NCBI GenBank assembly: GCA_951406725.2
Contig: OX597836.1
Span: 49,290,001 to 49,354,000 of the forward strand
Origin: Octopus vulgaris
Lineage: Eukaryota
DNA length: 64,000 nucleotides
Direction of reading: 5' to 3'
Positions within the stretch are counted from its first letter, which is position 1; every line of letters begins with the position of its first letter. Shown here piece by piece: positions 28,672 to 43,742 of the stretch. Made by a program: the position numbers and the translations under genes. The notes below the pieces were generated by a model that saw only the letters and a list, made by a program, of their open reading frames with translations, made no database searches and was not told where the DNA came from.

Positions 28672-29644
28672 CATGTGTGTGTGTGTCCATGTAATTTTCT
28701 GGAGCAATGTGTGTGTGTGTGTACATGTGTGAAATTTCATGTATTTGGTGTGAATTTATGGAACTTTCGATTCTTCTTGTGTATGGATAGATGAATATTT
28801 TAATGAGGGTGATTGTGTGTGTGTGCATATAAATTATCAGAGTTATGTACATGTGTGTATGTAAATTATCAGCACTACGTGCGTGTGTTCATTGTGTAAT
28901 CGCGAATATATTACATGTGTACACGAATCTGTGTATTTAGAGCGATCGATGTGTGGTATGGATATATATGTTTGCGTGTGTTTATGTATATATATGGTGT
29001 GTGTGTGTTGAACAGTATTCTAATGAGAACGATGTGTGGAGAAATGTTTTAATTAGAACAACGTGTATTGAAATGTTTTAATTAGGGCGATGTGTATGTA
29101 CGTGTGTTTGAATGTGTTGAGCGATAGCAATGTGTGTGTGTGTGTGTGTGTGTATGTAATATGTATGTGTTGGGCATCTGTGTGTCGTGAATACATTTCT
29201 AGAACAGTGTGTGTGTGTGTGTGTGGAGTGTTTATATAATATCGAGATGGCTCCTCCCCCTCTTCCCTTTACACATGTATGATTGCGTGTGTGTGTGTGT
29301 GTGTGTGTGGTTTATGGAGCAATCAATGTGAGTTTAGAAATGGCTTTAATTAGAGCGATGTGTATGTTGTGTGTACATGTATGTATGCGTGTTTTTTATG
29401 TATTTGTCGATAGCTCTACACACTCTCTCTCTCTCTCTCTCTCTCTCTCACTTTATGCACCATACACATGCACACACACATGCATACGTGTGTGTGTGTG
29501 TGTGTATTACTTCCCTTAATGCGTGCGAGTATATTTTATGTAATTTATTGTGCAGTCACTGTATAATTGTGTGTGTACCTGTATGTGGATGTTTTAATTA
29601 AAGCGAAATGTGCCTTTATGTAATTTCCAGGTATGTTTCTCTCT

Positions 29645-29895
29645 CCCTCCTCTCCCACCCCCGTTTCTTTCCCTTTTTCTCTCTCTCTCTCCCTCCCACC
29701 CCCGTTTCTTTCCCTTTTTCTCTCTCTCTCTCCCTCCCACCCCCGTTTCTTTCCCTTTTTCTCTCTCGCTCTCCCTCCCACCCCCGTTTCTTTCCCTTTT
29801 TCTCTCTCTCTCTCCCTCCCACCCCCGTTTCTTTCCCTTTTTCTCTCTCTCTCTCCCTCCCACCCCCGTTTCTTTCCCTTTTTCTCTCTCTCCCT
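29645..29895. repeat. 41-bp polypyrimidine minisatellite, about 6 copies
   Basis: ccctcccacccccgtttctttccctttt(tc)n starting at 29691, 29732, 29773, 29814 and 29855, plus a partial copy before. Confidence 0.93.
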
Positions 29896-30499
29896 CCCTC
29901 CCTCCCTCGTTTCCTCTCTGGTGCGCGCGTGTTTGCCAATGTGTGTGTATTTATGTAATAACTCGATCGATCTGTTTATTAGAAATGTAAGTATGCGTCA
30001 GTGGATGTGTGCGTGTGTTTCTAGGCCATTATGTGTGTGTGTGTGTGTGTGAGTAGGCGGAGGTAGTGAGGGAGGGGGAATCGAGAGAGAGAGAAACAAT
30101 TTGCATGTGACCTATATAGCTGAAATAGATAAACAATATGGTTGCTGCTGCAGTTGCTGCTGCTGCTGCTCTGACTTACACATAATCACACACATACACA
30201 CACATACACATGTATGTATATATTTTACACACACACACACACATAATTATAGTATATTGCATATATATTTTGTGTATGTACACATATACTTACATATTGG
30301 GAGTGTGTGCATATAAATATATATAAATATATATAATATAATATATATTTATATATAATATATATAAATATAATATATACTATTGTGTATATATCATGCA
30401 TGTGTATATATATATATATATAAAATATAGATTATGCGTATTGGTCTGTACGCTCACTTTTCGTTGAAGTCGTCATGTGTATGTATATATATATGTATG

Positions 30500-30539
<40 letters not shown>

Positions 30540-31516
30540 TCCATCCTGGTGGTGGTGTGGTCTAATTCTTTCTTTTGCATCCTATTCTATGACGAGTTAG
30601 TTGTGTGCCGCAAGGGAGTACAAATTAGAGACCAAAACGTATTTGGGGTAGGGTGTAGGTTGGTGTAAAGAGGGTCAGTGGTCGACCCTGGAAGGCTGAA
30701 AGACAAAGTAGGCCGAAGGCGCAGCTTTGGACTCTTCAACACCACCTCCGTGAACATCAACGACGAAAGAGCCTCCTCGCGGCACAGTTCCCACTGTGAC
30801 ACTTTTTTGCACGGATCGATTGGTCAGCGTTATTATTATGGTGAAATACAAGAAGTCGGGGTGATCACATCTGGAACACCCTTGATTATGCATTTTCGTT
30901 CAGAGCTGACCTGGAGATTACTAATTTCGGTACCAGACCTGATATTTAGGGATAAAAACAAAGACAAACAAACAAAAAAACGCTAGAGTCGATTGCACCT
31001 CACCCCAATGGTGATTGTGTGTGTGTGTGTGCGTGTTCAAAACCACAGTAGCGATAGGGTGGTAAGCACTATATCTTCAACATAAACGATCTGGTTTCGC
31101 CTCTGCACTAGATTTTTTGCTTCCAAAGCTTATTTCGGGCCACGACCGAGCCTCGGCACGACCGCTCGATCTGCTACAAATAGCAGCCAGATCTCCCTCA
31201 AATCACACATCGTGTCTTGAAGTTTTACGAAGTGACACCTCCCCCTCCCCCCAAAAAAAACAATGTTTTTGAGTTTCCTTCCTATAACTGAAAGATTGGA
31301 TGGTCAAATTTGGAATGTCTTAGGCTGGAGTTATTACAATAACAAGAACATAGTGACCATTGAAGAAAGGCATGAACATCACAGATTCTCATCTGTATTA
31401 TACAGTAATGTAAATGTATATTACGCCGTTTATTTTCATTTGGTTTTATTGTTTTACGGAGCTGGAACAGTAGGCGCTCCATCCACGACCATCTTGTCTT
31501 TGTTGGATTTTCTTTA

Positions 31517-31800
31517 GGTTTAAGTGATTCCTTTCAGAACCATGAGATTTTGGGTTCAATCTCAATGCGCACCACTGCTTTGCAGCTCTGGATCGTGTGT
31601 ATGTGTGTTTGTCTCCACACTGCGTAACAACTGGTGTCGGTTTGTTTACGTCTCCGTAACGGAGCAGTTCGGCTTGGAAAGGATAGAATAAGTACCAGGC
31701 TTTAAGGGAAGAAAAAACTAATGGGGTCCATTTGTCTAGACCCCTTCGTGCCCCATGTTGGCCGCAATCCACTGACTGAAACTTGAAAAAGAACAAAAGA
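31517..31800 (+). mobile_element. Degenerate SINE family A
   Basis: gggttcaatctc head; tttacgtctccgtaac...gatagaataagtaccaggctt...gactgaaac. Confidence 0.7.
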
Positions 31801-31954
31801 CTATTAGGGGCAGTGAGCCCTTCTCCAATTAAGACAATGAGATGTAAAAATTCGAAAGATTTGGCTGTTATTTCTTGCAGATTGGGCAACCATAGATTCT
31901 TGGTTTAGCTTAGCCGGGACGGCGGATGGCACCTCTTGCATTCCAAAATATTAA

Positions 31955-31955
31955 C

Positions 31956-31986
<31 letters not shown>

Positions 31987-32202
31987 GTAATAATAATCCT
32001 TTCTACTATAGACACAAGGCCTGGCATTTTGGGGAGGGAGGCCATGCGATTAGATCGACCCCAGGGTTCGACTGGTACTTAATTTATTGACCCTGAAAGG
32101 ATGAAAGGCAACGTCGACCTCGGCGGAATTTGAACTCAGATGGACGAAATGCCGTTAAGCATTCTGTCTGGCATGGTAACGAGTCTGCCATTTCGGCGCC
32201 TT
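31955..32202 (-). mobile_element. Near full-length SINE family B with (ATT)n tail
   Basis: Minus strand ggcgccgaaatggcagactcgttacc...gagttcaaattccgccgaggtcgacgttgcctttcatcctttcagggtcaataaattaagtaccag...ggccttgtgtctatagtagaaagg(att)n. Core resembles the Meta/MESC SINE domain (from memory, unverified). Confidence 0.85.
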
Positions 32203-32407
32203 TAATGATGATGACGATGATTATTATGATAAAACGCCCACTCCAGCCGTATCAATGAATTCACAAAACCCAGTTTTCGTTGCAGGTCCTGACAAAGATT
32301 TCCTCCAAATCCAGTTTCTACAAAAGAAGCGGTGTGGGTGGGGCCGGGTATGAAATGTGGCCTCACCCTCGCTTATCCACTCGTCTACCATTCTTTTGTG
32401 CGTAGGG

Positions 32408-32731
32408 ACAACAAAATGGTTCCACCTCCCACAACAAAATGGTTCCACCTCCCACAACAAAATGGTTCCACCTCCCACACCAAAATGGTTCCACCTCCCA
32501 CACCAAAATGGTTCCACCTCCCACACCAAAATGGTTCCACCTCCCACACCAAAATGGTTCCACCTCCCACAACAAAATGGTTCCACCTCCCACACCAAAA
32601 TGGTTCCACCTCCCACAACAAAATGGTTCCACCTCCCACAACAAAATGGTTCCACCTCCCACAACAAAATGGCTCCACCTCCCACAACAAAATGGCTCCA
32701 CCTCCCACAACAAAATGGCTCCACCTCCCAC
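32408..32731. repeat. 23-bp minisatellite, 14 copies (aca[a/c]caaaatgg[t/c]tccacctccc)
   Basis: Period of 23 from 32408; no spacers. Confidence 0.96.
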
Positions 32732-33112
32732 TCCAAGGTGCTGAAACAACACAAGGCACCGCGCGCGCACGCACACACACAAAACGGAGTCATTCGATCC
32801 TGGCAATTATACCTTTGTATCGATTTTTAGGGGACACTGGGACATTTTGTGTCTCCCCTCCCCGCCACCCTATTTACTTATTGTACGTGGATCTATCTAT
32901 CTATCTATCTATCTATATATATATATATATAGATAGATAGATAGATAGATATATATATCCTTTCTTCGACCACGTTAATTCGGGTTCATCCTGGCTGTTC
33001 GGCACCTTGGTTAATTGTAATCTGCCCCAATGCTTCGTTGGTCAATATCTTGTGAGAATTGGACAGAAAACATTAAGGGCACCATCCACGACACTCGAAT
33101 GGCTGTATTTGC

Positions 33113-33161
<49 letters not shown>

Positions 33162-34062
33162 GGCAGAGAATTGCATCCCAGCTGACTCCCCTAATCACTA
33201 ACCTTGATAATCAATATCCACATTTCATTCTCTGACCTTAAACCAAATGAAAAATAGGGGGGGGGGGCATAAATAAAGCAATAGCATTCCCCACCCCCAC
33301 CCGCACACCCCACACTTTATATATAAAAATAATAATAAGCTATCCACCCATCCGTAGCAGTTTGTCCTTCCTCAATAGTAATAATGTCATGCTTGACTGG
33401 ACAAAGGGTGGATAGGCCGAGGCGAGAGAAAGGGTGCGGGGTGGTGGGTGGCTCTGTACAGCAGAAGCAGCACCCGTTCACCCTACCTCCTCCCCTTCCT
33501 CCCGCTCCTTCCTCTTCTCCAGCATTTTTTTTTCCATCTTTTATTCTTTCTTTTACCGCTGGTGTGCGCCAAGGTTAACCAAGTGCACCTGCAATTACTG
33601 CGGCTGCTCCTACTACCACCACCACCACCACCACCACCACCACTACTACTACTACTATTACTGCTGATGTTGCAGAATGCCCCATCACCCCTGCCCCAGT
33701 CCCAACAGTGACCCAAGTCGTTATAGTTAGTTATGATTCTCCCCCTTTCCCTTGTGTAAGGAACGCGGGTGTGTGTATTTAGATACGTATGTATATATAT
33801 ATATGTGTGTGTGTGTGCGCGCGTGTGTGTGTGTGCGTGTGTGTATGTGTGTGTGTGTGTACACATTTATGCATGTGCGCGTGCGCAGTACAGTTTGGCG
33901 TCGTAACAAGAAGGGATTCCTCAATCCAAAATGTGATGTAACATTGTTTATTTAAACTGAATGCTTTTTTCCTTCTACCATGCGTTTCATGCCAATGCGG
34001 TCATCAGGTGAACTTATTATCAGGAATTCGAAATGTTCTATCTGCACACACACACCCGCCCA

Positions 34063-34113
<51 letters not shown>

Positions 34114-34500
34114 CACAAATTATATGTGCATGTTTTCAAGCGTTTCTGATTTCAAAGTGTCTACGAACGCCATGCGCACATTAAATTCCTCATAACCCAA
34201 ACAGCAAAGAAAAAGGTATATTTGCATGTATCTTCTTATTAGAATGGAGGCTTTCACACACACACACACACCGCTTTTTACGGTGAAACTCGAAGTATAT
34301 AAAGCTATAAATGACAGCGTATAAATATTGGGTTATGAAAACCGCTGAATGGGGAAAGCATGATTCAAAGCAGTCTTTTGAAGTTCTTCAATCGGTCTGT
34401 TGTTTATGTCGTAAGAATTTAAAAGGAGTCTCGTAGGACTGGAACCCACGACTTCTGTAAGCATGCCACACGTTCTACCATGATGGACAGACAGACAAAT

Positions 34501-34607
<107 letters not shown>

Positions 34608-35112
34608 GCTCTTCCTCTCGTTATCTGTCACACCTCCCTAAGTAACTCTCACATCAATGTTCTGTCAGAAGAAATGGATTGAAAGTATATGTGTGGTGGG
34701 GAGGGAGTTGACTTTTTTAGCAGACAAGAGTATTCTCCGTGGTTGCTCGATCTACTGCAACAAGCAGCTAAGTCTCGCTTAAGTCACTACCTATTATCTT
34801 AAATAAATACACGATATATTTGACAGTGTAATCCGAGGTATATAGAATGGACAAGACAGTCACGACTGGACCATACTTCGTCATATAGATCTCGATTCGG
34901 ACTCATTTAGAAAGTTTACAATAACAACAACAAATCGGTTTCGCCCAAACCGACGAGGGATGACCTGCGCTATCTTTTGACCTCCTAGAAATGGGAGCCA
35001 AATTTCCTCCTAACCATAACACACCGTCTTAAAGGAAAGGACTCGCGAACAGACTAAATAATATACGTCACATAAAGCGAGATAAAACCACCCGGAGGGC
35101 AGTGTCCCTTTT

Positions 35113-35167
<55 letters not shown>

Positions 35168-35469
35168 GTAGTTATTCTCAAATGAAAGGACTCAACTGCA
35201 AAGGGACATGTTGAGAATAATGTTATGTATTACATTGAGATAAATGTGATTCATTAGCGATGGCCAAATGTTTCGTTCTGCGGTTTTATGCTCAAAAACA
35301 TGCACACTCTGTGCTAATTTAATATTTTAAAGTTTGTTTAAGAATTACAAACGAAACGTTAACCGGGGGCCCAGAGACTCAAATAGTGAAAAGTGGAGTC
35401 CAGCTGATTGGTCGAGTGATAGTGAAAAGCTACGAAGGAAACGTGATCGGAGTGAGATGACAGGATATA

Positions 35470-35548
35470 AACATTGCGGACAGGCACCTGGTGTAGGAAC
35501 GGTCGGGGATAGGCACACACACACACACACATATCTATGTATATATAT

Positions 35549-35579
<31 letters not shown>

Positions 35580-35748
35580 CATATATACGACAGGCTTCTT
35601 TCAGTTTCCGTCTACCAAATCCACTCACAAGGCTTTGGTCGGCCCGATGCTATAGTAGAAGACACTTGCCCAAGATGCCACGCAAGTGGGACTGAACCCG
35701 GAACCATGTGGTTGGTTAGCAAGCTACTTACCACACTTACCTGCGCCT
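35470..35748 (-). mobile_element. SINE family A, 5' two-thirds
   Basis: Minus strand ggcgcagg..gtgtggtaagtagcttgc..ccacatggttccgggttcagtccc..cttgggcaagtgtcttctactatagc. Confidence 0.85.
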
Positions 35749-35834
35749 GTAAATATACATATACAAAAACGCCGCTTCAAACAAGAATTATTTCTGAAAG
35801 TTTATGACGTCAACAAACACACACGTGTGTGTAT

Positions 35835-36020
35835 CTTTGATCTTTTACTTATTTTTGCCATTGGACTGCGGCCATGCTGGGGCACTGCCTTGAAGAATTT
35901 TAGTCGAATGAATCAACTCCTGTCCTTTCTTTTAAAGCCTTGTACTTATTCCTTAGTCGAACCGCTACGTTACGCGGACGTAAACACACCAGCACCAGTC
36001 AAACGTGGTGGGACACAGAC

Positions 36021-36104
<84 letters not shown>

Positions 36105-36264
36105 GACGGGCTCCTTTCAGTCTCCATCTACCAAATCCACTCAAGGCTTTGGTTGGCCCGAAGCTATTGTAGAAGAAACTTTCCCAAGGTGCCACGCAGT
36201 GGGGCTGAACCCGAAACCATGTGGATTGTATGCAAGCTACTTACCACACAGCCACTCCTGCACC
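35835..36264 (-). mobile_element. Full-length SINE family A
   Basis: Head ggtgcaggagtggctgtgtggtaag (A box) and gggttcagcccc (B box); internal (TA)n(TG)n; 3' ggcagtgccccagcatggccgcagtcc...taaaag. Confidence 0.88.
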
Positions 36265-36673
36265 TATATAAGAGAGAGAGAGAGAGAGAAGTGGGAAGGG
36301 GAGAGGAGAGGGAGAGAGAAGGAGAGAGTCAGTGATGGCTACTGTGGCTGTTAGGTTTGTCCTTTGGTCACAGACCTGCCTGTTTGGTCCCAATAATTGT
36401 CCTGGGGCTAAACTACGTCATCATTAACTTCTTATTCCCCCCGCCCCCCACCCACACCTACACACACACACAACAGTATTACCTGTTCTACTGGCCAAGC
36501 TGGAGTCACCACTACACTAGAGGACATTATAACGACGAAACCCAGAAACCTTTCGCCTTTCTCCTGTTTCTTTCTTTTTCCCTTCTTTTTATATATTTTC
36601 TGTTTTGTCATCGGATTTTAACGAAGTTCTTCTCTCATCACCACCACCGCCGCCGCCGTCGTCGTCGTCGTCG

Positions 36674-36723
<50 letters not shown>

Positions 36724-37774
36724 GGTGGTGGTGGTGGTGGTGGTGTCATCTTCATCTGTTTTTCCCTTTTTTTAATCTTCAGTTATCGTTAGTCATCACC
36801 ACTTAGAATGTAACTGTCATCGCCACCACCATCGTCATCGCCACCACCATCGTCATCATCATCGCAGTTACGCTGACCGTCATCATCATTATATCATTAA
36901 TATATCTATCCACAACCATCACTGCCATCATCATCATCATCATTCCTACGTCATCATCATCATCATCATCATTCCTACGTCACCATCATCATCATCACCA
37001 AACTGCTGAGTCGGTGTGTTAAGTTGATTAATTTGCCTCCTCCTCCTCCCCCTTGTATTGCCATTCGTTCTTTTTCTTCTCCCTCTTCATCTTCCCCTTC
37101 TCCCTGCATCTCCCCCCCTTGCTCTTCTTATATCATCGCAGCGAGAGGAAGGAGAGAGCGACGGCTGCGGAGAAAGGGAGGGCGATGGAGGCGGAGTAGT
37201 GGGAGTTGTAGTAGGAGGAAGAGGTGGAAAAGAGAAGGACGTGCTGTGTGGCAAGAGGGGGAGACGGGGGAATGATAACGAGAGAAGGGGAGGAAAGAAG
37301 GGGCGGGAAGGAAAGAAGAGAATAAGAAGACGAAGAGTGAAAGTGACAGGAGAGGGGGAGAGTAAGAATTTGGTAAGGAAGACGATGATGATGATGATGG
37401 AGGAAGAATGGAGAGGGGGACGGTGTAAGGTGGTGGCGGTGTTTGTGTGACAATAGTGCTTGTTGTTGTTGTGGTGGTGGCGGTGGCATTGCTGGATGTA
37501 GTGTTGGTGCCAGTTGTGAAAGTGATACTGGTTAATAATTGCAGTTGTGGTGGTAGTAGCGGCCGTGGTACTTCTTTGTGGTGGCGGCTTTTGTTGTGGT
37601 GTTTGTTGCAGTGCTAGTATATATATTACACCATAGTGGTGATAACGATGGTGGTTGTGGTGACGGCGGCGGCGGCGGTAGTGAAAGTGAAAGTTGAAAT
37701 TAGGTCAAAGAATCTTTTTTTGTTTTCCGCGGAAGAAACAACAAAAAGCAGGAATTTGTAAAACTATAAATAGA

Positions 37775-37813
<39 letters not shown>

Positions 37814-37827
37814 AGTGAGTGAGAGGG

Positions 37828-38286
37828 ATGCAGGCATGGCTGTGTGGGTAAGAAGTTCGTCTTGCAACCACGTGGTTCCGCGTTCACTCCCTCAGCGCGG
37901 TTCTCTGAGTGAGCGAGTCTTCCTCTCCAATATTTACTTATCTCTCCTCAACTTTCGTAACCAATACTCTTGTGAGACTGGAATTTGGCGAACGGAAACT
38001 TACCAGCATCCCATCAGAAGAAGTATGTATCTACCTATCAGCATGTGTGTGTGTGTGTGTGTGTTTGTAATGTGTTACAATGCGTGGTTAAATCAGAGTG
38101 GGAAAGGTAAATCTAAGGGTTTTACGTTCGAATGTAGAAAGAGTATGGATCAGGCTGGAAAAAGAAAAGGGAGTTAAAAAAAAAGTGAAGAAGAAAAGGA
38201 ACTGGGGTTTGTCGGGATCGATCGAAATCCCTTTGAGCCGGTGCCCCAGCATGGTCGCAGTCCAACGCCCGAAACTAGTAAAAGGA
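37828..38286 (+). mobile_element. Degenerate full-length SINE family A
   Basis: gcaggcatggctgtgtgggtaagaag head; cggtgccccagcatggtcgcagtcc...gaaactagtaaaag end. Confidence 0.7.
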
Positions 38287-38655
38287 CAACAACGTGTGTT
38301 TGTATATCGTTGTATATATTTACGTAATTCCGTGTGAGCCTTATTTGATGGCGGCGGCGGCGGAGGGGATTGCGTGGGTTCAGATGTGTGTGTGTTTATG
38401 TGTGTGTGTGTGTGTGTGTTTATGTGTGTGTTTATGTAAACAAAGCACAGTTCCGCGTAATTTGCTCTCGCGCGCGCGCGTGTGTGTAGATTTCACCCAG
38501 TGTTTGTGTGTGTGTGTGTGTGTCGCATTGTTTCCATCTATGTGTATGTAAATGTGTATGGCTCTCGTCTCTCTCTATCTCTCTTTTTTTACCTCCTTCT
38601 CTACCTCCTTCTCTGCCTCCTCACTATCTCCCTCCCTCCCTCTCTCTCTTTCTCT

Positions 38656-38695
<40 letters not shown>

Positions 38696-38811
38696 CTTTA
38701 TATGCAATCAATGTCACACAGTTATGTGTACCTATGTTTTCGTGTACTTTTAAATTTCTGAAACCGTGTCAATGCGTGTATGTGTGATGTACGCTTTGTG
38801 TACGTATGTAT

Positions 38812-38845
<34 letters not shown>

Positions 38846-38891
38846 AAGAGTACGCATATGTCAGCATCTATGTGTCACAAGATGTGTGTCA

Positions 38892-38938
<47 letters not shown>

Positions 38939-39022
38939 ATGTATGTCAGTATGTTTGTGTGTCAATACATGTAGCATGTGTGTCATTTACCAGTGGATGT
39001 CCTGCCTATCTCATGCCGCGCG

Positions 39023-39077
<55 letters not shown>

Positions 39078-39421
39078 TGTTTATGCACGTACTTATCTGT
39101 GTGTTTATATACACAAAAGGTTGTTCCTGTACACTCACACATATAAATGTATGCCTCTGTATCTATGTGTATATATGTATGTATATATATATTATGTATA
39201 TATGTATATATATGTATGTATATATGTATATGTATGTATGTATGTATATATGTATGTATGTATATATATATGTATATGTATGTATATATGTGTGCCTCTG
39301 TGTATAAATATTATATATATACATGTATGCCTCTGTGTATACACACACACACACACTATATTATCGATGTATATATATGTACATTTCTTAATTTATTAAG
39401 TATATATTTATTTATGTTTAT

Positions 39422-39481
<60 letters not shown>

Positions 39482-39611
39482 AAAGGGTTTATTATATAAC
39501 ATACCGAATTTAGAAATAGCAGTCAAAGGGTTATAGCTATTTCTTCTACTAAAAAGGGGTAATTGATAATTATTCCAAATTAATTAATTTCACCCTTCAT
39601 TATTACGGATA

Positions 39612-39659
<48 letters not shown>

Positions 39660-40052
39660 ATCTTTATATATAATGCATGCATTTGCGCTCGTGTACTATG
39701 GCATATATGTGTGTGTGTGTGTGGTAGTTTTCTGGTTCTATGTACTTCTCGGGGAGTTTAGGTGTACATGTACTTAAGTGCGTGTGTGCATGTACCTGTA
39801 AATATAATTCTGTGTGTACCTGCAAATGTGTGTGTGTGCGCGTGCGTGAATCGACTTATCGTTATTTTTGTTTTCATATTACATCATTGGCAACCTGCAT
39901 CTCTTCTCCGCCGCCGCCCCCTCCCCAATCAGTGCCCTCCTTTTCAAAGTCCCTATTTTGTGTTGTGTATGTGTGTTCATTGTTTATCATCTTCAGCATC
40001 ATTGCCAATTCCATCATCATCATCGCTACCCTTACCCCCGCCACACCAGTTT

Positions 40053-40060
40053 TCACCACC

Positions 40061-40091
<31 letters not shown>

Positions 40092-40700
40092 ACATCATTA
40101 TCACCACCACAGTCATTATCATCATTTACATTACTATCACCATCACCATCATCACCACCATCACCACCATCATCATCACCACCATCACCATCACCACTAT
40201 CACCACCACCACCACCACCATCATCACCACCATCACCATCATCACCACCATCACCATCACCACTATCACCACCACCACCATCACCCATCATCACCACCAC
40301 CATCACCACCATCACCACCACCATCACCATCATCACCACCATCACCATCACCACCATCACCATCATCACCACTATCACCACCACCATCACCATCATCACC
40401 ACCATCACCATCACCACCATCACCATCACCATCATCACCACCATCACCATCACCATCATCACCATCATCACCACCATCACCATCATCACCACCATCACCA
40501 TCACCATCATCACCATCATCACCACCATCACCATCACCACCACTATCACCACCACCATCACCATCACCACCATCACCATCATCATCACCATCATCACCAC
40601 CGACATATCATCATTAGCATCACCCCCACCGTCATCATCATATCACCATCTACGTATCAATATTGTCTCCACCACCACCACCACCACCACCACCATCCGC
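40053..40700. repeat. (CAC/CAT)n trinucleotide array
   Basis: Direct reading; poly-His/Thr ORFs are artefacts. Confidence 0.93.
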
Positions 40701-41129
40701 ACATTATATCACCATCTACGCATCAATAATGCCTCCGCCGCCGCCGCCACCGGCGTCACCCCTGCCGTCATTATCGGCATCATTATATCACAACCTACAT
40801 TATTGATGAGCGAAGGCACCGTTCGTCGTCGCCATCGCAGCCTTTTATCATCATTTCCATCGCCCCCACTGCCGCTAACTCTCCACCACCACTATCATCG
40901 TGGCCATCATCACCATCCACCACACCATAACAACCATTTGCCCCACCCACCCATCCACCCACCGCCGCCGCCACCTTAACAATCATTTCCACTCTGGTTG
41001 CCGCCATCGTAATGGTACTTCGATTCTGCTTAAAGTGCATGGGAACCTTATTACTCCATTCCTCTCTCCACCACCACCCCCCACCCCCACCTCACCCCTC
41101 CCTCCCCACTGTCCCACCCATATCTCCGC

Positions 41130-41161
<32 letters not shown>

Positions 41162-41255
41162 ATTACGTCACACGCTGTAACTGCAGTGAGTGAGGGCATA
41201 TATCGACTCAGTTATTTACACGGCAAGCTGCTGTGTACATTGTTACATACACACA

Positions 41256-41333
<78 letters not shown>

Positions 41334-41504
41334 ACCACATTCCATTATTGCTTCACAGATTCATAGATCTTTTGTTATATGTACAGGCGTATACATGTGT
41401 GTGTGTGTGTGTGTGTGTGTATCTGCTATGGAGAGTATGTGTGTGTTTATTATGGATCCATATATATATATGTGAACGAAGATATTTATGTGCATATATA
41501 AATA

Positions 41505-41543
<39 letters not shown>

Positions 41544-41660
41544 TTAAATATTATGATGTATCAGTGTGTCTACATACTGTATGTGCTTGTTTATATACAC
41601 CCATACATGAATGTGAATTTTGTGTGTGTGTGTGTGTGTGCGTGTCTATATATGTCTACA

Positions 41661-41720
<60 letters not shown>

Positions 41721-42176
41721 CATACGTACACTTAATATGAAATGATAGCTAAATCTGATTTATTTAATAATCAACATAACGTTCATGAGATTTATTGAGT
41801 GTATATATGTATATACCCACATTTGTGTATATACTAGTATATCACATGAAAAAAAGTAATGTAGTTATGTCATCTATCTATAAATGTGTGTGTGTGTGTG
41901 TGTGTGCCCGTGCCCACCCACCCACCCACATGTTGTTCCTGAAATTACATAAGATAAACTCATTAATATGTCTAGGCACAGCCTCACCCCTATCCCTTCT
42001 GACCCCATCAAAGCAAAAGCAACTTTGGTATATGTATTTCGGAGGTGTTTATATACATGTATGTATGTATGTGTACACACACACACACACACGTGTGTGT
42101 GCGTGGATGGATGGATGGATGGATGGTTAGGTAGATAGACAGATAAACACAGAGACAAACAGATGGATGGAAGGAT

Positions 42177-42209
<33 letters not shown>

Positions 42210-42277
42210 TAAATGGATGGACGGGCTGAAGGATGGATGGACAGATAGCTACATGGAAAGCTAGATAGATAAATAGC

Positions 42278-42328
<51 letters not shown>

Positions 42329-42765
42329 GGTATGGTTGGGCGGTTAAGTACTTGGCTTTGAAACCACACGTTTTCAAGTTCACTCCCATGGTGCAGCATC
42401 TAGGGCAAGCATCTTCTGTTGCACCTTGGGTAAGCAATACTTTGTCAGTAAAGCTACTAAACAGAGACTTCTACATGCTAATCAGGTGTGTGTTTGTGTG
42501 TGTGCAAATGGCTCTCCATATTGCTATATATAACGTCGTGTTGACCCCTTCACCTGTCACCCTGCCCTTTCAAAATCCTGTCTGAAAATCTCCTTCCCCT
42601 TCGAGTGCTGCTGACATGGAAAAAGCAGACACTTACAGCAACGGACATGGCAACTTTTTTTCTAGATGTCGTCCGTTCGGCTAAAACATTGAAGGTCACT
42701 TTTCTGCAGGTTTGCCAATCAGAAAGTCGTTGGGCTTCAGTTGGCCCATGACACAGTTACACACA

Positions 42766-42874
<109 letters not shown>

Positions 42875-42910
42875 ATACACACACACACATATACACTCTC
42901 ATGCAATAAT

Positions 42911-43697
42911 ACTATTTCGTCTATCTTTATGCTTCTGAGTTCAAATTCCACCGAGGTTAACTTTGCCTTTTATCCTTTCGGGATCGATAAATTAAGTACC
43001 AGTTGCGTACTAGGGTCGACCTAATCGACTAGTCCTCCTCCCCCAAAAATTTCGGACCTTCTCCCTAGAAAAGAAAAGAATATACTAAAATGTGTTGGTC
43101 ACAAGATTGATGCTCTATCATTTTAGGTTTATCTTTTCACGTTTTGTGCAGTTCAGGAACGCAGGTTCCTTGGTCCCCAAAGTGCAGATTCCTGTCTGCT
43201 AGACGGCGACAGTGCCGATCCAGTTTCAATCCTCAGTTGCTACATTTTCATTTCGTTTCAGAAAAGCCATGACCTCCACCACTTCCATAACCTCTCCACC
43301 TCCCTTCTGAATCTCTCTCTCTCTCTCTGTTTGTTCCTTCTCTTGAAGAAATCATTATTGCTTCAGTCGTGAATATATTCTGCGTTCAAATCCTGACGAG
43401 GCCAATTTTTCTTCTCCTCCTCCTCCCCCTCCATCTTTCTGACCTTTTGCTGTGTTCGGAGTTCAAATTCTGCCAAAGTCGATTTTGCCTGTCATCCTTT
43501 CAGGGTCGATAAAATAAGTACCAGTGAAACACTGGGGTCAATGTAATCGACCATTCCTCCACCCCCTCCCACCAAATTTCAGACCTTGTGCCTGCAGCAG
43601 AAAGGATTGGTGCCTGGTGCAGTTATCTGCTTCGCCAGTCCCCAGTCAAACCATCCAATCCATGCCAGCATGGAAAACGGACGTTAAACGATGATGA

Positions 43698-43742
<45 letters not shown>

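Noticed and set aside
32408-32731. CRISPR-like regular 23-bp repeats
   Set aside because: No spacers, no cas genes, eukaryotic context.
33972-34015. Minus-strand CTGATGA...GAAAC motif
   Set aside because: Stems I and II do not pair.
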